This document shows, one piece after another, positions 54,272-63,974 of a DNA stretch of 64,000 nt. Location: IMG/VR virus record IMGVR_UViG_3300049571_000380, positions 128,485-192,484 of that record. The stretch is one strand, 5' to 3'. The DNA is from a virus. Position 1 is the first letter of the stretch. The number at the start of each line of letters is the position of its first letter. The position numbers were made by a program, and so were the translations under genes. The notes below the pieces were generated by a model. The model had not been told where the DNA came from. It did no database searches and was given only the letters and a program-made list of their open reading frames with translations.

Positions 54272-54715
54272 ATGGGACAGGTTGCCCCGTACCACCTGCT
54301 CGGCGACGCCGCCCAACCAGCCCTGATCCTGCTGGCCGGACCGGACTACACCCGGATCCGCGAGATCGTCGCGAAGGCGGGGATCGCCTTCGACATGAGG
54401 CACTTCGGCAGCGACGTGGACGTGGACGCACTGAAGGCGGAGGTTGCCCGCGAGGGGAAGCCCATCGTGGTCTTCGCCTCCATGCCCGAGGTCGAAGGGC
54501 GGCTGGACCGCAGCGCCTTCGACGGCCGTCTCACCGATCTCGCGTACGCCGCCGACCGGGTCGTCTACGTCGGCACGACCGGTGCCGCCCTCGTCCACCC
54601 GTGCTCGCCTGGCACCCGGCAGGAGATCCGCAACGGCCACCTGACGGTGATCCAGAAGCTGGACGTCGTGGCGGCCGGTGAGACGGTCGTCGGCCTGACG
54701 GCGGACTGGCTGTGA
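54272..54715 (+). CDS. Hypothetical protein
   Basis: GAGGGAAG RBS; an upstream TAGAAT -10-like hexamer. Confidence 0.7.
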   Translation: MGQVAPYHLLGDAAQPALILLAGPDYTRIREIVAKAGIAFDMRHFGSDVDVDALKAEVAREGKPIVVFASMPEVEGRLDRSAFDGRLTDLAYAADRVVYVGTTGAALVHPCSPGTRQEIRNGHLTVIQKLDVVAAGETVVGLTADWL

Positions 54716-54809
54716 ACACCGGACCCGACGACGGGTGGCCCGTGATCAAGCTGCTCGGGACGATCACGGACGAGGACCACCGGCCGCTGAACGAGATCGA
54801 GGTGACACC

Positions 54810-55100
54810 GTGAGTGAACGTGTCAGCATGGTCCGCCTGCTGCACGGGCTGATGTACCCGACGATCGCCCGCCGCCAGAACAAGGACTGCTTCCTCGGGC
54901 GCACGCTGCCCGGGGTCCGGCTGGAGACCGGGGCGGTCATGGAGTTCGCCGTGGCTGACGACGCCATGCACGCGCTGCGCTCGCGCCTCGACGAGAAGAG
55001 GCAACGGGACGACCTGATGGAGGTCATGCGGGCGGGCGGCCGGAACGTCGTGCGTTTCGACGCCCGGGGCGTCATGGTCGTCACCCGGCGGGAGGACTGA
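54810..55100 (+). CDS. Hypothetical protein
   Basis: GAGGTG RBS. Confidence 0.65.
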   Translation: MSERVSMVRLLHGLMYPTIARRQNKDCFLGRTLPGVRLETGAVMEFAVADDAMHALRSRLDEKRQRDDLMEVMRAGGRNVVRFDARGVMVVTRRED

Positions 55101-55270
55101 TGGACGCGGGGCGGATCATCGGCGTCGGCGTGGCGGGTGGGGCGATCCTGTCGGGCCTGCTCGTCGGCTCGGCCGAGCTGTACAAGAAGCTGACCCAGCC
55201 CGGCATGAAGCCGGAGCAGGGGCCGGTGAAGACGAGCCTGTCGAAGGAGCCCGGCGATGAGGAAGGGTGA
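55100..55270 (+). CDS. Small membrane-anchored protein (56 aa)
   Basis: TGATG coupling; hydrophobic N-terminus. Confidence 0.55.
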   Translation: MDAGRIIGVGVAGGAILSGLLVGSAELYKKLTQPGMKPEQGPVKTSLSKEPGDEEG

Positions 55271-55727
55271 ACCGACACGCGCCGACCTGGCGCTGGGTGC
55301 ACTGGCTGACGTGCGCAAGGTGCTCGATGAGTGGACCGGGACGGACTGGAGCCACACGAACCCGGCTCAGGAAATCGATCACATCGTGCACCTCGCGTAC
55401 GCGAAGCTCCGCATGGAGTCCATGCGCCGCGAGCGCCGGTCGGCCACGTGGCTGGGTCAGGTGATCAGCGCCGTCTTCCCTCGCGAACTCGCCTGGTACC
55501 GGGAGCGGGAGCCCGACACGGCGCTCTGCTTCGAGGTGTGCATCACGGACGGAACGAAGGACGCGGTCGGCCGGAAGGTGGAGATCCGCCTGTCGGCCAA
55601 CGACGCCGAGTTCCTGGCCATGTCGATGAAGGGCATGGCCGAGTGGGGCAAGGGCAAGCCGGGCCCCGCCGACCGACTGGGAGAGCTGCTGCCCGGCGGC
55701 TCCGTGAGTGAGGAGGATCGGACATGA
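55257..55727 (+). CDS. Hypothetical protein
   Basis: Coupled ORF. Confidence 0.7.
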   Translation: MRKGEPTRADLALGALADVRKVLDEWTGTDWSHTNPAQEIDHIVHLAYAKLRMESMRRERRSATWLGQVISAVFPRELAWYREREPDTALCFEVCITDGTKDAVGRKVEIRLSANDAEFLAMSMKGMAEWGKGKPGPADRLGELLPGGSVSEEDRT

Positions 55728-56137
55728 GCTACCCAACGCTGTTCTCGGTGCCCGGCATGAAGGACTTCGCCGAGAAGGTGGACGACGAGCGCGCCCGCCA
55801 GCTCAAGAAGTGGGGCGACCAGATCCACCCGGACATCGACCCTCGCGACATCGCGTTCGTGACGCACCACCACTACGAGTACAAGGCCCAGATCATGAAG
55901 GGGGTCAACGACGAGCGCGAGACCCCCAGTCGGACCGTCGGCCGGTGCAGCCGGTGCCAGCCCGAGGGCGATCACAAGCACGTGGCCTGGGACTTCATCC
56001 TGCTGGAAGAGGTCTACGAGGCGCTGACCGAAGCCGCCGCCGGAGACCTGGAGAAGCTGGAGACCGAGCTGATCCAGACGGCCGCCGTCGTGGCGGCGTG
56101 GATCTACGACATCCGGCGCCGGAAGGGACTCGTCTGA
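55724..56137 (+). CDS. Hypothetical protein with a possible MazG-like helical C-terminus
   Basis: LLEEVYEAL..LETELIQTAAVVAAWI. Confidence 0.65.
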   Translation: MSYPTLFSVPGMKDFAEKVDDERARQLKKWGDQIHPDIDPRDIAFVTHHHYEYKAQIMKGVNDERETPSRTVGRCSRCQPEGDHKHVAWDFILLEEVYEALTEAAAGDLEKLETELIQTAAVVAAWIYDIRRRKGLV

Positions 56138-56703
56138 TGGAAGCGGTTTTCGGCGAGAGCCCGTTCGTCGCGGGCCTGAAGGGGCTCGGCATTCGGCAGT
56201 ATCACGACGCCGAAGGGATGGACGGAGAGATCGTCCTGCACCCGGGCGACGTCGAGAAGTGCCCGGAAGGGCAATGCCAGTGGCCTCGGGTCTGGGGCAT
56301 GGTGACCGTTCCCGACGGGGGCCGTGAGCGCACCGGCACGGTTGTCCACCGGGACGAGGAAACGGTCAGGATCGAGACGGCCAGCGGTGAGGCGTACGAA
56401 TGTGCCGTCTCCGCCGCCCGGCGCCCCACGTGGGGCGTGTACTGCCCGCACGGGATCAAGCTGATCGAGGCCGAGCTCGTTGAGCACATCTGCCAGCTCC
56501 CGCCGCCGCCCTGCGACATGAAGGGCGTACCGGGTCACCTCTGCGCCGACCACCGCTGGTGCAAGGCGTGCTACCCCGACGGCCGGAAGATTCTGCCGTG
56601 GCCCTGCGCAGAAGAAGGCTGCACGGAGGCCGACTTCGACCGGGAGCAGCAGGAGCAGATCGATGCGTACCACGAGGAGATGCGGCAGTCGTACTACCGC
56701 TGA
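56137..56703 (+). CDS. Cys-rich hypothetical protein
   Basis: TGATG coupling; multiple Cys/His. Confidence 0.7.
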   Translation: MEAVFGESPFVAGLKGLGIRQYHDAEGMDGEIVLHPGDVEKCPEGQCQWPRVWGMVTVPDGGRERTGTVVHRDEETVRIETASGEAYECAVSAARRPTWGVYCPHGIKLIEAELVEHICQLPPPPCDMKGVPGHLCADHRWCKACYPDGRKILPWPCAEEGCTEADFDREQQEQIDAYHEEMRQSYYR

Positions 56704-56722
56704 ACCGGAAAGGGTGAAGGGC

Positions 56723-57430
56723 GTGGAACGGCCCAAGAAGTCGAACGTCAGGCACGGCATGGCTTCCTGCGGCCGGTACGGCTGCGAGAGGACCGAGTGC
56801 AAGGAGGCGTACTACCGGTCCCAGAAGCTCAGCCGGATCGGGCAGGAGCGAGGCGAGAGTGCACGGGTTCCGGCCGACGAGGCGCGGGCTCACGGGAAGC
56901 TGTTGACTGAAGCGGGCATGTTCGTGACGGACATCGCCCGGCTGGCCGGGGTCTCCCGCTCGATCGTCGGCCAGGTGATCTCCGGCCGGGTGGCTCGGAT
57001 TCACCGCGACACGTCCGCCGCCATCCTCGGGGTGCCCGTTCCCCGCAAGGAGTTCGTCGGATGTGACGGCATCGTTCCGGCCCTGGCTGCACAGCGCAGG
57101 ATCAGGGCTCTGAGCAGGCGGGGCTTCTCGCTGAAGGTCATGGCGCGCGAGATGAACGCCAGCGTCTTCACCGTCGACAGCATCCGCAACGGCAACAGGG
57201 TGCGCATCCGCGCCTCCATGGATCAGGCGATCCACGCCGCTTACAACCGGCTGTGGAACGTGGATCCGCTGAGCCTCGGGGTAACGCCGGGCGGAGTGAC
57301 GCAGGCCAGGAACTGGGCGATCGAGCAGGAGTGGCCGCCCCCGGCCGCCTGGGACGACGACACGATCGGCGACCCGAAGGCGAAGCCGAAGGGCATGCTG
57401 CCCAAGGACAGGGACGAGATAGGCGCCTAG
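56723..57430 (+). CDS. Tandem-HTH DNA-binding protein with an N-terminal Cys motif
   Basis: VTDIARLAGVSRSIVGQVI; a second HTH-like SLKVMAREM; PPPAAWDDD tail. Confidence 0.75.
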   Translation: MERPKKSNVRHGMASCGRYGCERTECKEAYYRSQKLSRIGQERGESARVPADEARAHGKLLTEAGMFVTDIARLAGVSRSIVGQVISGRVARIHRDTSAAILGVPVPRKEFVGCDGIVPALAAQRRIRALSRRGFSLKVMAREMNASVFTVDSIRNGNRVRIRASMDQAIHAAYNRLWNVDPLSLGVTPGGVTQARNWAIEQEWPPPAAWDDDTIGDPKAKPKGMLPKDRDEIGA

Positions 57431-57448
57431 CGCCAGGAGAGGGGAAGC

Positions 57449-57703
57449 GTGATGGCCACGCCGAACGGCATGACCACGGCCGAGCTGGACGACAAGCTCC
57501 GCCCTGCTGGCCATCGAGCACGCACTGGCTCTCGCCGCCACTTCGGCCGCTGGCACGAGATCCTTCACTGGCTTCACGAACCGGCCGACTGGGGACGGAA
57601 GAACAAGTACGAGATCCGGCACCCGCTGGGGCACCGGATCCACCTGATACCCGGCTCCCTCCTGGACCGGGCCTGCACGAGAGCGGAGAGGAAGAAGCGA
57701 TGA
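57449..57703 (+). CDS. Hypothetical protein
   Basis: GAGGGGAAG RBS. Confidence 0.6.
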   Translation: MMATPNGMTTAELDDKLRPAGHRARTGSRRHFGRWHEILHWLHEPADWGRKNKYEIRHPLGHRIHLIPGSLLDRACTRAERKKR

Positions 57704-57999
57704 GGCGGATGTTCAGGTACGAGGTCCCGGTCGACGACCGGGAGCACCGGCACCTCGTCACTGGCGAAGTGCGCAAGGTCGCCACTCAGCCCTGGGTGCC
57801 CGGCAAGGTGCCGGTCGTCGAGTTCTGGGCGGAGAACACCGACCCGGCGCCGGATGGCACGCTGCTCCAGCGCACCTTCCTGATCGTCGGCCCCGGGCAC
57901 CCCATTCCCGACGGGGCGCAGTGGCGCGGCACTACCGATCGGGACCCGGTCGGTCTGGTCTGGCACCTCTACGAGATGACCGGAGAGGGAGATGGCTGA
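57700..57999 (+). CDS. Hypothetical protein
   Basis: ATGA coupling. Confidence 0.7.
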   Translation: MRRMFRYEVPVDDREHRHLVTGEVRKVATQPWVPGKVPVVEFWAENTDPAPDGTLLQRTFLIVGPGHPIPDGAQWRGTTDRDPVGLVWHLYEMTGEGDG

Positions 58000-58780
58000 C
58001 CCCTGCCGGACGACCCGGCACTGCGCGGACCACGGTTGGTGCCACCGTTGCGATCCGGCGCTCGCCGCCCTCATGAGCGAGGTCAACCGGCTGGTGCATG
58101 AGGCCACCACGGACAGCTCGGTGCGCAGTGTGCTGTACGAGCAGATCGGCGCCCTGCTGCACACCGGGGATCCGGCGCGGGCGGCGGCGGAGCTGGCCGA
58201 GGCCCGGCAGACGATCCAGAAGCTGAACCGGCGAGCCCAGGCGGCGGAGTCCGTGGCCGAACGGTACGCTCGGGCGATCCGCGACTGGCGGGTCAGCGAG
58301 AAGGGCACATACGTGCCCTACGAGAGCCTGAAGGAGATCGGCGCCCTGGCCGGGGTCGAGATCCTTCCTCATGTCCGGTACATGCAGCGCTTCGAGAACG
58401 CCCGGCAGGCCGAGGAGTTCATCGAACGGATCTACGCCCTGCTGGAGTACTGGAACACCCTCACGGCACCCTTCGGGCCGCCGCAGTCGTGGTGGTGGGA
58501 GGAGCGCCGGGCGGAACTGTCGGACGTCCTCGCCGGGCGCGGCCAGCCCGGCGCCCGGGACAGCATGCGGGCCCAGGTGAAGGCGGCCGTCGAGGCGTCC
58601 CGCCTGAACGACGCCGACGTGGCCCGGCACCTCGGGCTGAGCACCAAGCACGTGAGCCAGATGCTCACGGGGCAGGCGACGCTCACCATCGGGTGGGCGG
58701 AGAAGATCCTGGCCCTCTGCGGCCAGCGGCTGGAGATCAGAGCGGTCTCCGCCATCCCTTCGGAAGGGGAGAGTTCGTGA
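57992..58780 (+). CDS. Protein with a C-terminal XRE-type HTH
   Basis: LNDADVARHLGLSTKHVSQMLTG. Confidence 0.75.
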   Translation: MADPCRTTRHCADHGWCHRCDPALAALMSEVNRLVHEATTDSSVRSVLYEQIGALLHTGDPARAAAELAEARQTIQKLNRRAQAAESVAERYARAIRDWRVSEKGTYVPYESLKEIGALAGVEILPHVRYMQRFENARQAEEFIERIYALLEYWNTLTAPFGPPQSWWWEERRAELSDVLAGRGQPGARDSMRAQVKAAVEASRLNDADVARHLGLSTKHVSQMLTGQATLTIGWAEKILALCGQRLEIRAVSAIPSEGESS

Positions 58781-59043
58781 GCGACGAGAACTACAGGGTG
58801 GAGAAGGGCAACATCTACGAGTCGGCCGACCCGCGTGACGGCGGGCGCCAGATCCTGGTCACCTCGTACGTGCCGGGCTACCTGAAGGCCAACATCGTCA
58901 GCCACCCGAGCGGGAAGAACCACCGCACCGTCGGCGTGAAGTACCTTCACAAGGACCGCAACACCGACAAGGGGACGCCGCGCAAGAATGGCTACTTCTT
59001 CGTCGGCAAGAAGCAGGAGGACACCGCCGAGGACACGGCCTGA
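58777..59043 (+). CDS. Hypothetical protein
   Basis: GTGA coupling. Confidence 0.7.
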   Translation: MSDENYRVEKGNIYESADPRDGGRQILVTSYVPGYLKANIVSHPSGKNHRTVGVKYLHKDRNTDKGTPRKNGYFFVGKKQEDTAEDTA

Positions 59044-59054
59044 CACAGATGCCG

Positions 59055-59103
59055 GAAGGAGCTGCACCTGATCCGCCACGCGAGCGGAAGGTGCAGCTCC
59101 TTC
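59055..59103. terminator. Bidirectional terminator
   Basis: GAAGGAGCTGCACCT / AGGTGCAGCTCCTTC between convergent genes. Confidence 0.8.
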
Positions 59104-59200
59104 GTCGTTGAGCCGTCGGTGTACTCGATCTCGATCGTGTCCTCACCCGGTTCGGGCTCGGCCCAGGACGGGGCCGGAACTTCGCCACCCGGCAAGGGTG

Positions 59201-59650
59201 TCAGGTCCGCGACCACTCCACCTGCTGGGTGGCGGCCTGGTTCTTCTCGGCCTGCTCGGCTTCCTGCATCCTGACCTGGTTGCGGAGCAGGCTGTTGACG
59301 ACGGGCTCGCTCACGCCCAGCTCCTCGGCGTGCGTACGCACCTGCTGGGCGCACTCGTTGAACCCGTCCGCCCAGCGCTGATCGGCCTCGTTCTTGATCC
59401 GGTTGATGCCGTCGTGCATCTCCCTGACGGCCTTCTCCAGCGAGACGATCTCCTTGACCAGGCGGTTCCGGCTGGTGCAGATGCGCTCCAGCAGGCCCTC
59501 GGGCGCCCCGGCCGGGAAGAACTCGTCCAGCAGCAGGCGGGTGACACGCTCGCCGTCGAGACGCATCCGCTCGTCCATCTGCTGGAAGTGCCGCCGCCGG
59601 GCCCGGCTCGCCTCCCGTTCGCGCCGGGCCCGCTCCTGGTAGTCAGTCAC
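59201..59650 (-). CDS. Coiled-coil hypothetical protein
   Basis: GTGA coupling. Confidence 0.7.
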   Translation of the reverse strand: MTDYQERARREREASRARRRHFQQMDERMRLDGERVTRLLLDEFFPAGAPEGLLERICTSRNRLVKEIVSLEKAVREMHDGINRIKNEADQRWADGFNECAQQVRTHAEELGVSEPVVNSLLRNQVRMQEAEQAEKNQAATQQVEWSRT

Positions 59651-60401
59651 CGCTCGCCTCCGCCGCCAGTTCGGCCTGCTTCACGGCGGCCCGCTCGATC
59701 TGGAACTTCATCTCCGGCACCGCCTTGCGCTTCTTGGCCAGCGCCTCGGGCAGCCCCGGGTGGCGGGGCTCGTCACGCAGCCACTTCTCGTACAGGCGGA
59801 TCCTGCCCTCCAGCACGGCGAGCCGGGCCTGAGCCTGCTCGACGAGCGTGCCGGAGAAGTCGCCGCTCTCGATCCGGATCTGCTCCTCGCGCAGCCGCGT
59901 CGCCTCCGGCAGGACGTAGTCCGGGGTGCGGGGACTGACGGCCAGGCCGGTCTCCACCCGGCGCTCCTTCAGCACCCACGGAGGGGTGCCACCCCGCTTG
60001 CCCTGCGGCGGCTTGCTGCGGGTCTCGGGACGCCGGGATGCGGCAGACGCACTGCGCGGTGCCGGGACGGAGCGCTGAGGTGCCGGACGTCGGTCGTCGA
60101 ACTTGCGGGGCACTCGGGGCACGAAGCCGCCGAGCCGCACCGACATGGGGCGCTCGTTGCCCATGCCGTACACCGACACGATCTTCAGGTCACCGAGCTG
60201 GCGCACGATGTCCCTCGCCTCGGCCCGGCCGAGCTTCTTGCCGTCGCGGTCTTCGAGGTTGGCCACGTCGAGCGACGTCACGGGCCTGTTGGCGGCGGTC
60301 GACCAGGAGAGCAGGGCCAGGACCGCCATCTCTTCGTAGTCGAGCTGACCGAGAACCGTCGGCGACGGGGCGATACCCGTCCAGGGCTGCTTCTCGTTCA
60401 C
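59643..60401 (-). CDS. Hypothetical protein with a wHTH-like N-terminus
   Basis: AAGGGAGAG RBS before GTG 60401. Confidence 0.7.
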   Translation of the reverse strand: MNEKQPWTGIAPSPTVLGQLDYEEMAVLALLSWSTAANRPVTSLDVANLEDRDGKKLGRAEARDIVRQLGDLKIVSVYGMGNERPMSVRLGGFVPRVPRKFDDRRPAPQRSVPAPRSASAASRRPETRSKPPQGKRGGTPPWVLKERRVETGLAVSPRTPDYVLPEATRLREEQIRIESGDFSGTLVEQAQARLAVLEGRIRLYEKWLRDEPRHPGLPEALAKKRKAVPEMKFQIERAAVKQAELAAEASGD

Positions 60402-60535
60402 GTTCTCTCCCTTCCTTGTCCCCGGAGCACGGGGATCATGATAGGCATCATATCGCCGTTGACCTGCACGTGTCACTCTCGGTTCATCGTTCACCGAACG
60501 ACGTGAAACCGTAGAACTCTCTGTGATGCAGATCG

Positions 60536-60576
60536 CCAAGACGAGCTTGCGGCAAACATGTTGATGTGGATAGACT
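60536..60576 (+). promoter_or_regulatory. Promoter TTGCGG-N18-TAGACT overlapped by CCAA-N21-TTGA
   Basis: -35 at 60547-60552, -10 at 60571-60576; motif at 60536-60564. Confidence 0.55.
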
Positions 60577-60628
60577 GGCCTAGGCAGCAACAGAAAAACG
60601 GCAGAATAAGCCGAGGAAAGGGAAGAGC

Positions 60629-60781
60629 GTGACGCTCGAATTCCGTAACGGAAGTAGCGGCTCCGGGGGTTCCGGATCCAGCGGCAGCACGGGCATCCCG
60701 GACGAGAGCCCGGACCGTGGTACGAAGGACAACGCGGGCAAGTCCATCCAGGACTGGCGAGCCGGACGAGGGGCGGTCTGA
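60629..60781 (+). CDS. 50-aa Gly/Ser-rich peptide
   Basis: AAAGGGAAG RBS; ends 2 nt before the TerD gene. Confidence 0.45.
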   Translation: MTLEFRNGSSGSGGSGSSGSTGIPDESPDRGTKDNAGKSIQDWRAGRGAV

Positions 60782-60783
60782 AC

Positions 60784-61503
60784 ATGGCGGACATGACGAA
60801 GGAGCCGACGCTCACCGACGCGCAGCTCGCCCCGGCGGGTCTGCCCGTACTGGGCATGGACGACGTCGCCCAGGTCACCGGAACCATCTCGGTCGGCGCC
60901 GCGTGGGACGCCAGCACCAAGGGCCGTGGAGGCATCTTCGGCCGAGCATCGAAGAAGGCGGGCGCTGACCTCGACGCCGCCGCCGTCCTCTTCCAGGACA
61001 ACGACCCGGTCACCCTCTGCGTCGGCTGGGACGAGAACTACAAGAACCCCCTGCACGGCCAGCCCGGCGACGGCTCGGTGCGGCACACGGGTGACGCCAT
61101 CACCGGGGCCGAGGCCCAGGACGGCGACGACGAGGCCGTGATCCTTCACCTCGACCAGATCCCCGCCGAGTTCCACCGCATCGTGGTCCAGGTCGCCGCG
61201 TTCAAGAAGAAGAACAAGGCGATGAAGGACCAGGGCTTCCAGGGCGCGAGCAACGTCCTGTTCACCGTCTACGACGGCGAGCCCACGGCCAACAACAAGC
61301 AGTTCTGCATCCGCCCCTCGCTGGTCGGCCGCGAGAACTGCGTGATCGTCTGCGTCCTCGACCGGGTCCTCGACGGCTCCGGCCGCCCGACCACCACGTG
61401 GGAGCTGCGCAAGCGCAAGGCCCGCGTGAACGTCGAGCACGGCAACGTGGAGGCGTTCATCAATGCCGCCGTCGCTGCCGGGAACGCCGCGCAGAACGCC
61501 TGA
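60784..61503 (+). CDS. TerD/TerZ-family stress protein
   Basis: VGAAWD, DLDAAA, DGSVRHTGDAITG..DGDDEAV.LHLDQIP. Confidence 0.85.
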   Translation: MADMTKEPTLTDAQLAPAGLPVLGMDDVAQVTGTISVGAAWDASTKGRGGIFGRASKKAGADLDAAAVLFQDNDPVTLCVGWDENYKNPLHGQPGDGSVRHTGDAITGAEAQDGDDEAVILHLDQIPAEFHRIVVQVAAFKKKNKAMKDQGFQGASNVLFTVYDGEPTANNKQFCIRPSLVGRENCVIVCVLDRVLDGSGRPTTTWELRKRKARVNVEHGNVEAFINAAVAAGNAAQNA

Positions 61504-61521
61504 CCTACACCGCGCAGGACA

Positions 61522-61560
61522 GAACGGCCCGTCTCCCCAGACCCTGGAGGCGGGCCGTTC
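61522..61560 (+). terminator. Terminator after TerD
   Basis: GAACGGCCCGTCTCC / GGAGGCGGGCCGTTC. Confidence 0.75.
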
Positions 61561-61618
61561 GCCGTTCCCACGGATACGCTCTTGCTGATACGGGCACGCC
61601 CGGAAATGAGGTGGAGCA

Positions 61619-62386
61619 GTGGCCAACGGATACGACAGTCACAGCCTGAAGACGACCGGCCTGAGCGAGGCGGCCAGTTCGGACATGCCGATGGGTCTGC
61701 GCACGGCGGTGAAGGACAAGAGGTTCACCCGGAACGGCATCGGCTTCCGGACCCAGCAGGAGGCCGACTACCCCGGCGGCACGGCCAACCGCAAGCGCGG
61801 CATGGACGAGTCGCAGCGGCCCTGGGAGACGGCACAGGAGGCGACGAGCCCGCAGATCCGGCCGCGCGCCACTCTGGAGAAGTCCGGGCTGCTCGAAGCG
61901 CTTCCCCCGTGGCTCCAGAAGAAGGGCGAGGGCGACGAGGAGGAGCAGAAGGAGGCAGCCGCCGAGTTCGTGCGTGAGAACATGAGCGCCTTCCCTTGCG
62001 AGGATGACGCGCGCATGGCGCTCGCCGTGCTGAGCCAGTTCGTGGACGGCGACACCCTCGACGACCTCCAGCAGGCGATCGAGGATCAGTACGGCGACCC
62101 GATGGAGGCGCCGCCGGTCGACGACTACGAGTACGGCGACCCCGACGAGGACGAGTACAGCTACATGGGGGAGAGCGATCTCCAGGAGGCGCCGCTGAAC
62201 GCCGACAAGCGCAACAAGCTGCCGGACTCCGCCTTCGCCCTGCCGGGAGAACGGGCGTATCCGATCGACACGCCCGCTCGGGCCCGCAGCGCCCTGTCCC
62301 GGGTCGAGCAGTTCGGCTCTGACGAGGACAAGCGCAAGGTGCGCGCGGCCGTGAAGAAGCGATACCCGAACATGGACGTGAGCTGA
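61619..62386 (+). CDS. Acidic protein with a conserved C-terminal small domain (DUF6582-like)
   Basis: LNADKRNKLPDSAFALPGERAYPI..ARARSALSRVEQFG..KRYP. Confidence 0.7.
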   Translation: MANGYDSHSLKTTGLSEAASSDMPMGLRTAVKDKRFTRNGIGFRTQQEADYPGGTANRKRGMDESQRPWETAQEATSPQIRPRATLEKSGLLEALPPWLQKKGEGDEEEQKEAAAEFVRENMSAFPCEDDARMALAVLSQFVDGDTLDDLQQAIEDQYGDPMEAPPVDDYEYGDPDEDEYSYMGESDLQEAPLNADKRNKLPDSAFALPGERAYPIDTPARARSALSRVEQFGSDEDKRKVRAAVKKRYPNMDVS

Positions 62387-62552
62387 GATGGGCGAACCCC
62401 GCTGCCGGTGAAGTCGGCCGGGCAAGGCCGGGCAGCGGGGTTCTGGAGGGGCCGTCCGGGTCACTGCAGGCGCCTCGTGAGCCAGACCATCATCGCGTCC
62501 GCCTGGCTCGCCGGGCAAGCGATCCGGAAGAGTCCGAACGGCCGGGAAGAAC

Positions 62553-63071
62553 TCAGGGGTTCTGATCGGCCGTGTGGTACAGCATGCCGGTCGGCAGGGC
62601 GATGAGCGAGCAGTTCGCCCAGCGGCAGATGTCCTGCGGTTCCGGGCCGTACTGCACGTAGGCGCCCTCTTCGGTGATCCGGTCGGTATCGGCCAGGGTG
62701 TAGCCCTCCGCCTCTGCCTCGGCCTGGTACTCCTGCCACTTCTCGTCGGTGCAGGCCCACTCGGCGCGCTGTCCCAGCAGGATGCCGAAGCAGGTGACCG
62801 CCCGCGCGTCACCGTCGGAGTCCCGGCCGAGCGGTGTTCGCATGCCGACGGTCTCGACTACGAGGTCACCCATCCGGGGGTTCGCCATCCGTTCGTACAG
62901 CTCCCGGCCGCTCTCGGTGTGGGCGCCGTTCAGTGCCGCTCTCCACAGCTCGGTGGCGATCTGGAGGATCACCACCCGCCGCTGCATGGCGGCCTCGTCG
63001 AGGGCGAGCAGATCGTCCCGGGTCCGCTTGATTCCGGCGACGCCCTCGTGAGGCTGAGGCCACTTCGACAT
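62553..63071 (-). CDS. Hypothetical protein
   Basis: GAGGG RBS; 172 aa. Confidence 0.7.
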   Translation of the reverse strand: MSKWPQPHEGVAGIKRTRDDLLALDEAAMQRRVVILQIATELWRAALNGAHTESGRELYERMANPRMGDLVVETVGMRTPLGRDSDGDARAVTCFGILLGQRAEWACTDEKWQEYQAEAEAEGYTLADTDRITEEGAYVQYGPEPQDICRWANCSLIALPTGMLYHTADQNP

Positions 63072-63125
63072 TTCCCGGTCCCCTCTTCTCCGTTTTCCTG
63101 GAGAAATCCTACCGAGAAAGAGACG

Positions 63126-63302
63126 TCAGAGTCGCCACATCAGAGCGGTGCGGTTCCGCTCGCTGATGAAGTCGGTCCTCGGGGTCATGTCGTGATCCGG
63201 CCAGTAGTTCCGCACCGGCTCGCGGGTGACGCGACCGGTGAGGGATCCACGGATCCCGGTTGTGGTGCTGCTGCACCCGCTGGAGCTGGCTTGCGTGGTC
63301 AT
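63126..63302 (-). CDS. Hypothetical protein (58 aa, not in ORF track)
   Basis: GGGGAGG RBS. Confidence 0.5.
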   Translation of the reverse strand: MTTQASSSGCSSTTTGIRGSLTGRVTREPVRNYWPDHDMTPRTDFISERNRTALMWRL

Positions 63303-63336
63303 CTCGACCTCCCCTTCGGTTCGTACGGGCAGTGTC

Positions 63337-63582
63337 TCAGGGATGCTCCGCGAGCGCCCCCAACCACTGGATGATCTGGTAGAAGTCGTAGATCATGACG
63401 GCCGCCTCGACGCATACGTACAGGGAGACGGCGAGGAGGGTGGCGATGGTGGCGTACAGGAGGGCGCGCAGGGGCGACGGCATGGGCACGTGGGGATCCT
63501 GAAGGAGGGTGCCGGTCTGGGGGACTGCCACCATCATCGCAGCCCCTTCGAACTCCTGCTCCACCACGTTCAGCGGTTGCAA
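63337..63582 (-). CDS. Small membrane protein
   Basis: Hydrophobic C-terminal half; start uncertain. Confidence 0.5.
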   Translation of the reverse strand: MQPLNVVEQEFEGAAMMVAVPQTGTLLQDPHVPMPSPLRALLYATIATLLAVSLYVCVEAAVMIYDFYQIIQWLGALAEHP

Positions 63583-63662
63583 CTTGAACCTCTTCTATCG
63601 CTCTGACCAGGGGATAGGAGTAGAATACAGGCAGGAAAAGAGGAGAAACGAGGGGGTAGAAA

Positions 63663-63953
63663 GTGGACTCGGATACGCGGATAAGTCTCAGCCGGGATGC
63701 AGTCGGCCGCGCCCTGACCTTCGCCAGCCTGACGTGGCGCGGGCTGAAGCGGGGGCCGCACCCCGACAACGGGACGGACTGCCTCTACCTGGAGGCCGAC
63801 GTCCGGGAGTACAGCGCCTTCCTGGTGGCGCTGGCCGTGCAGTACCGGCACGCGGACGATCTGCTGATGCTGGCCGACCGCGTGCAGCTCCAGCACACCG
63901 AGACGGGGGACACCCGGTTCTGGGTTCCCGGCCTGTCGGTGCACGGCGTTTGA
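63663..63953 (+). CDS. Hypothetical protein
   Basis: GAGGGGG RBS; an upstream TAGAAT. Confidence 0.7.
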   Translation: MDSDTRISLSRDAVGRALTFASLTWRGLKRGPHPDNGTDCLYLEADVREYSAFLVALAVQYRHADDLLMLADRVQLQHTETGDTRFWVPGLSVHGV

Positions 63954-63974
63954 ACGGAGCCGGAACGCAGAGAA

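Noticed and set aside
58992-59354. 120-aa minus-strand ORF
   Set aside because: It runs through the bidirectional terminator and into the convergent gene; coding status is unsupported.
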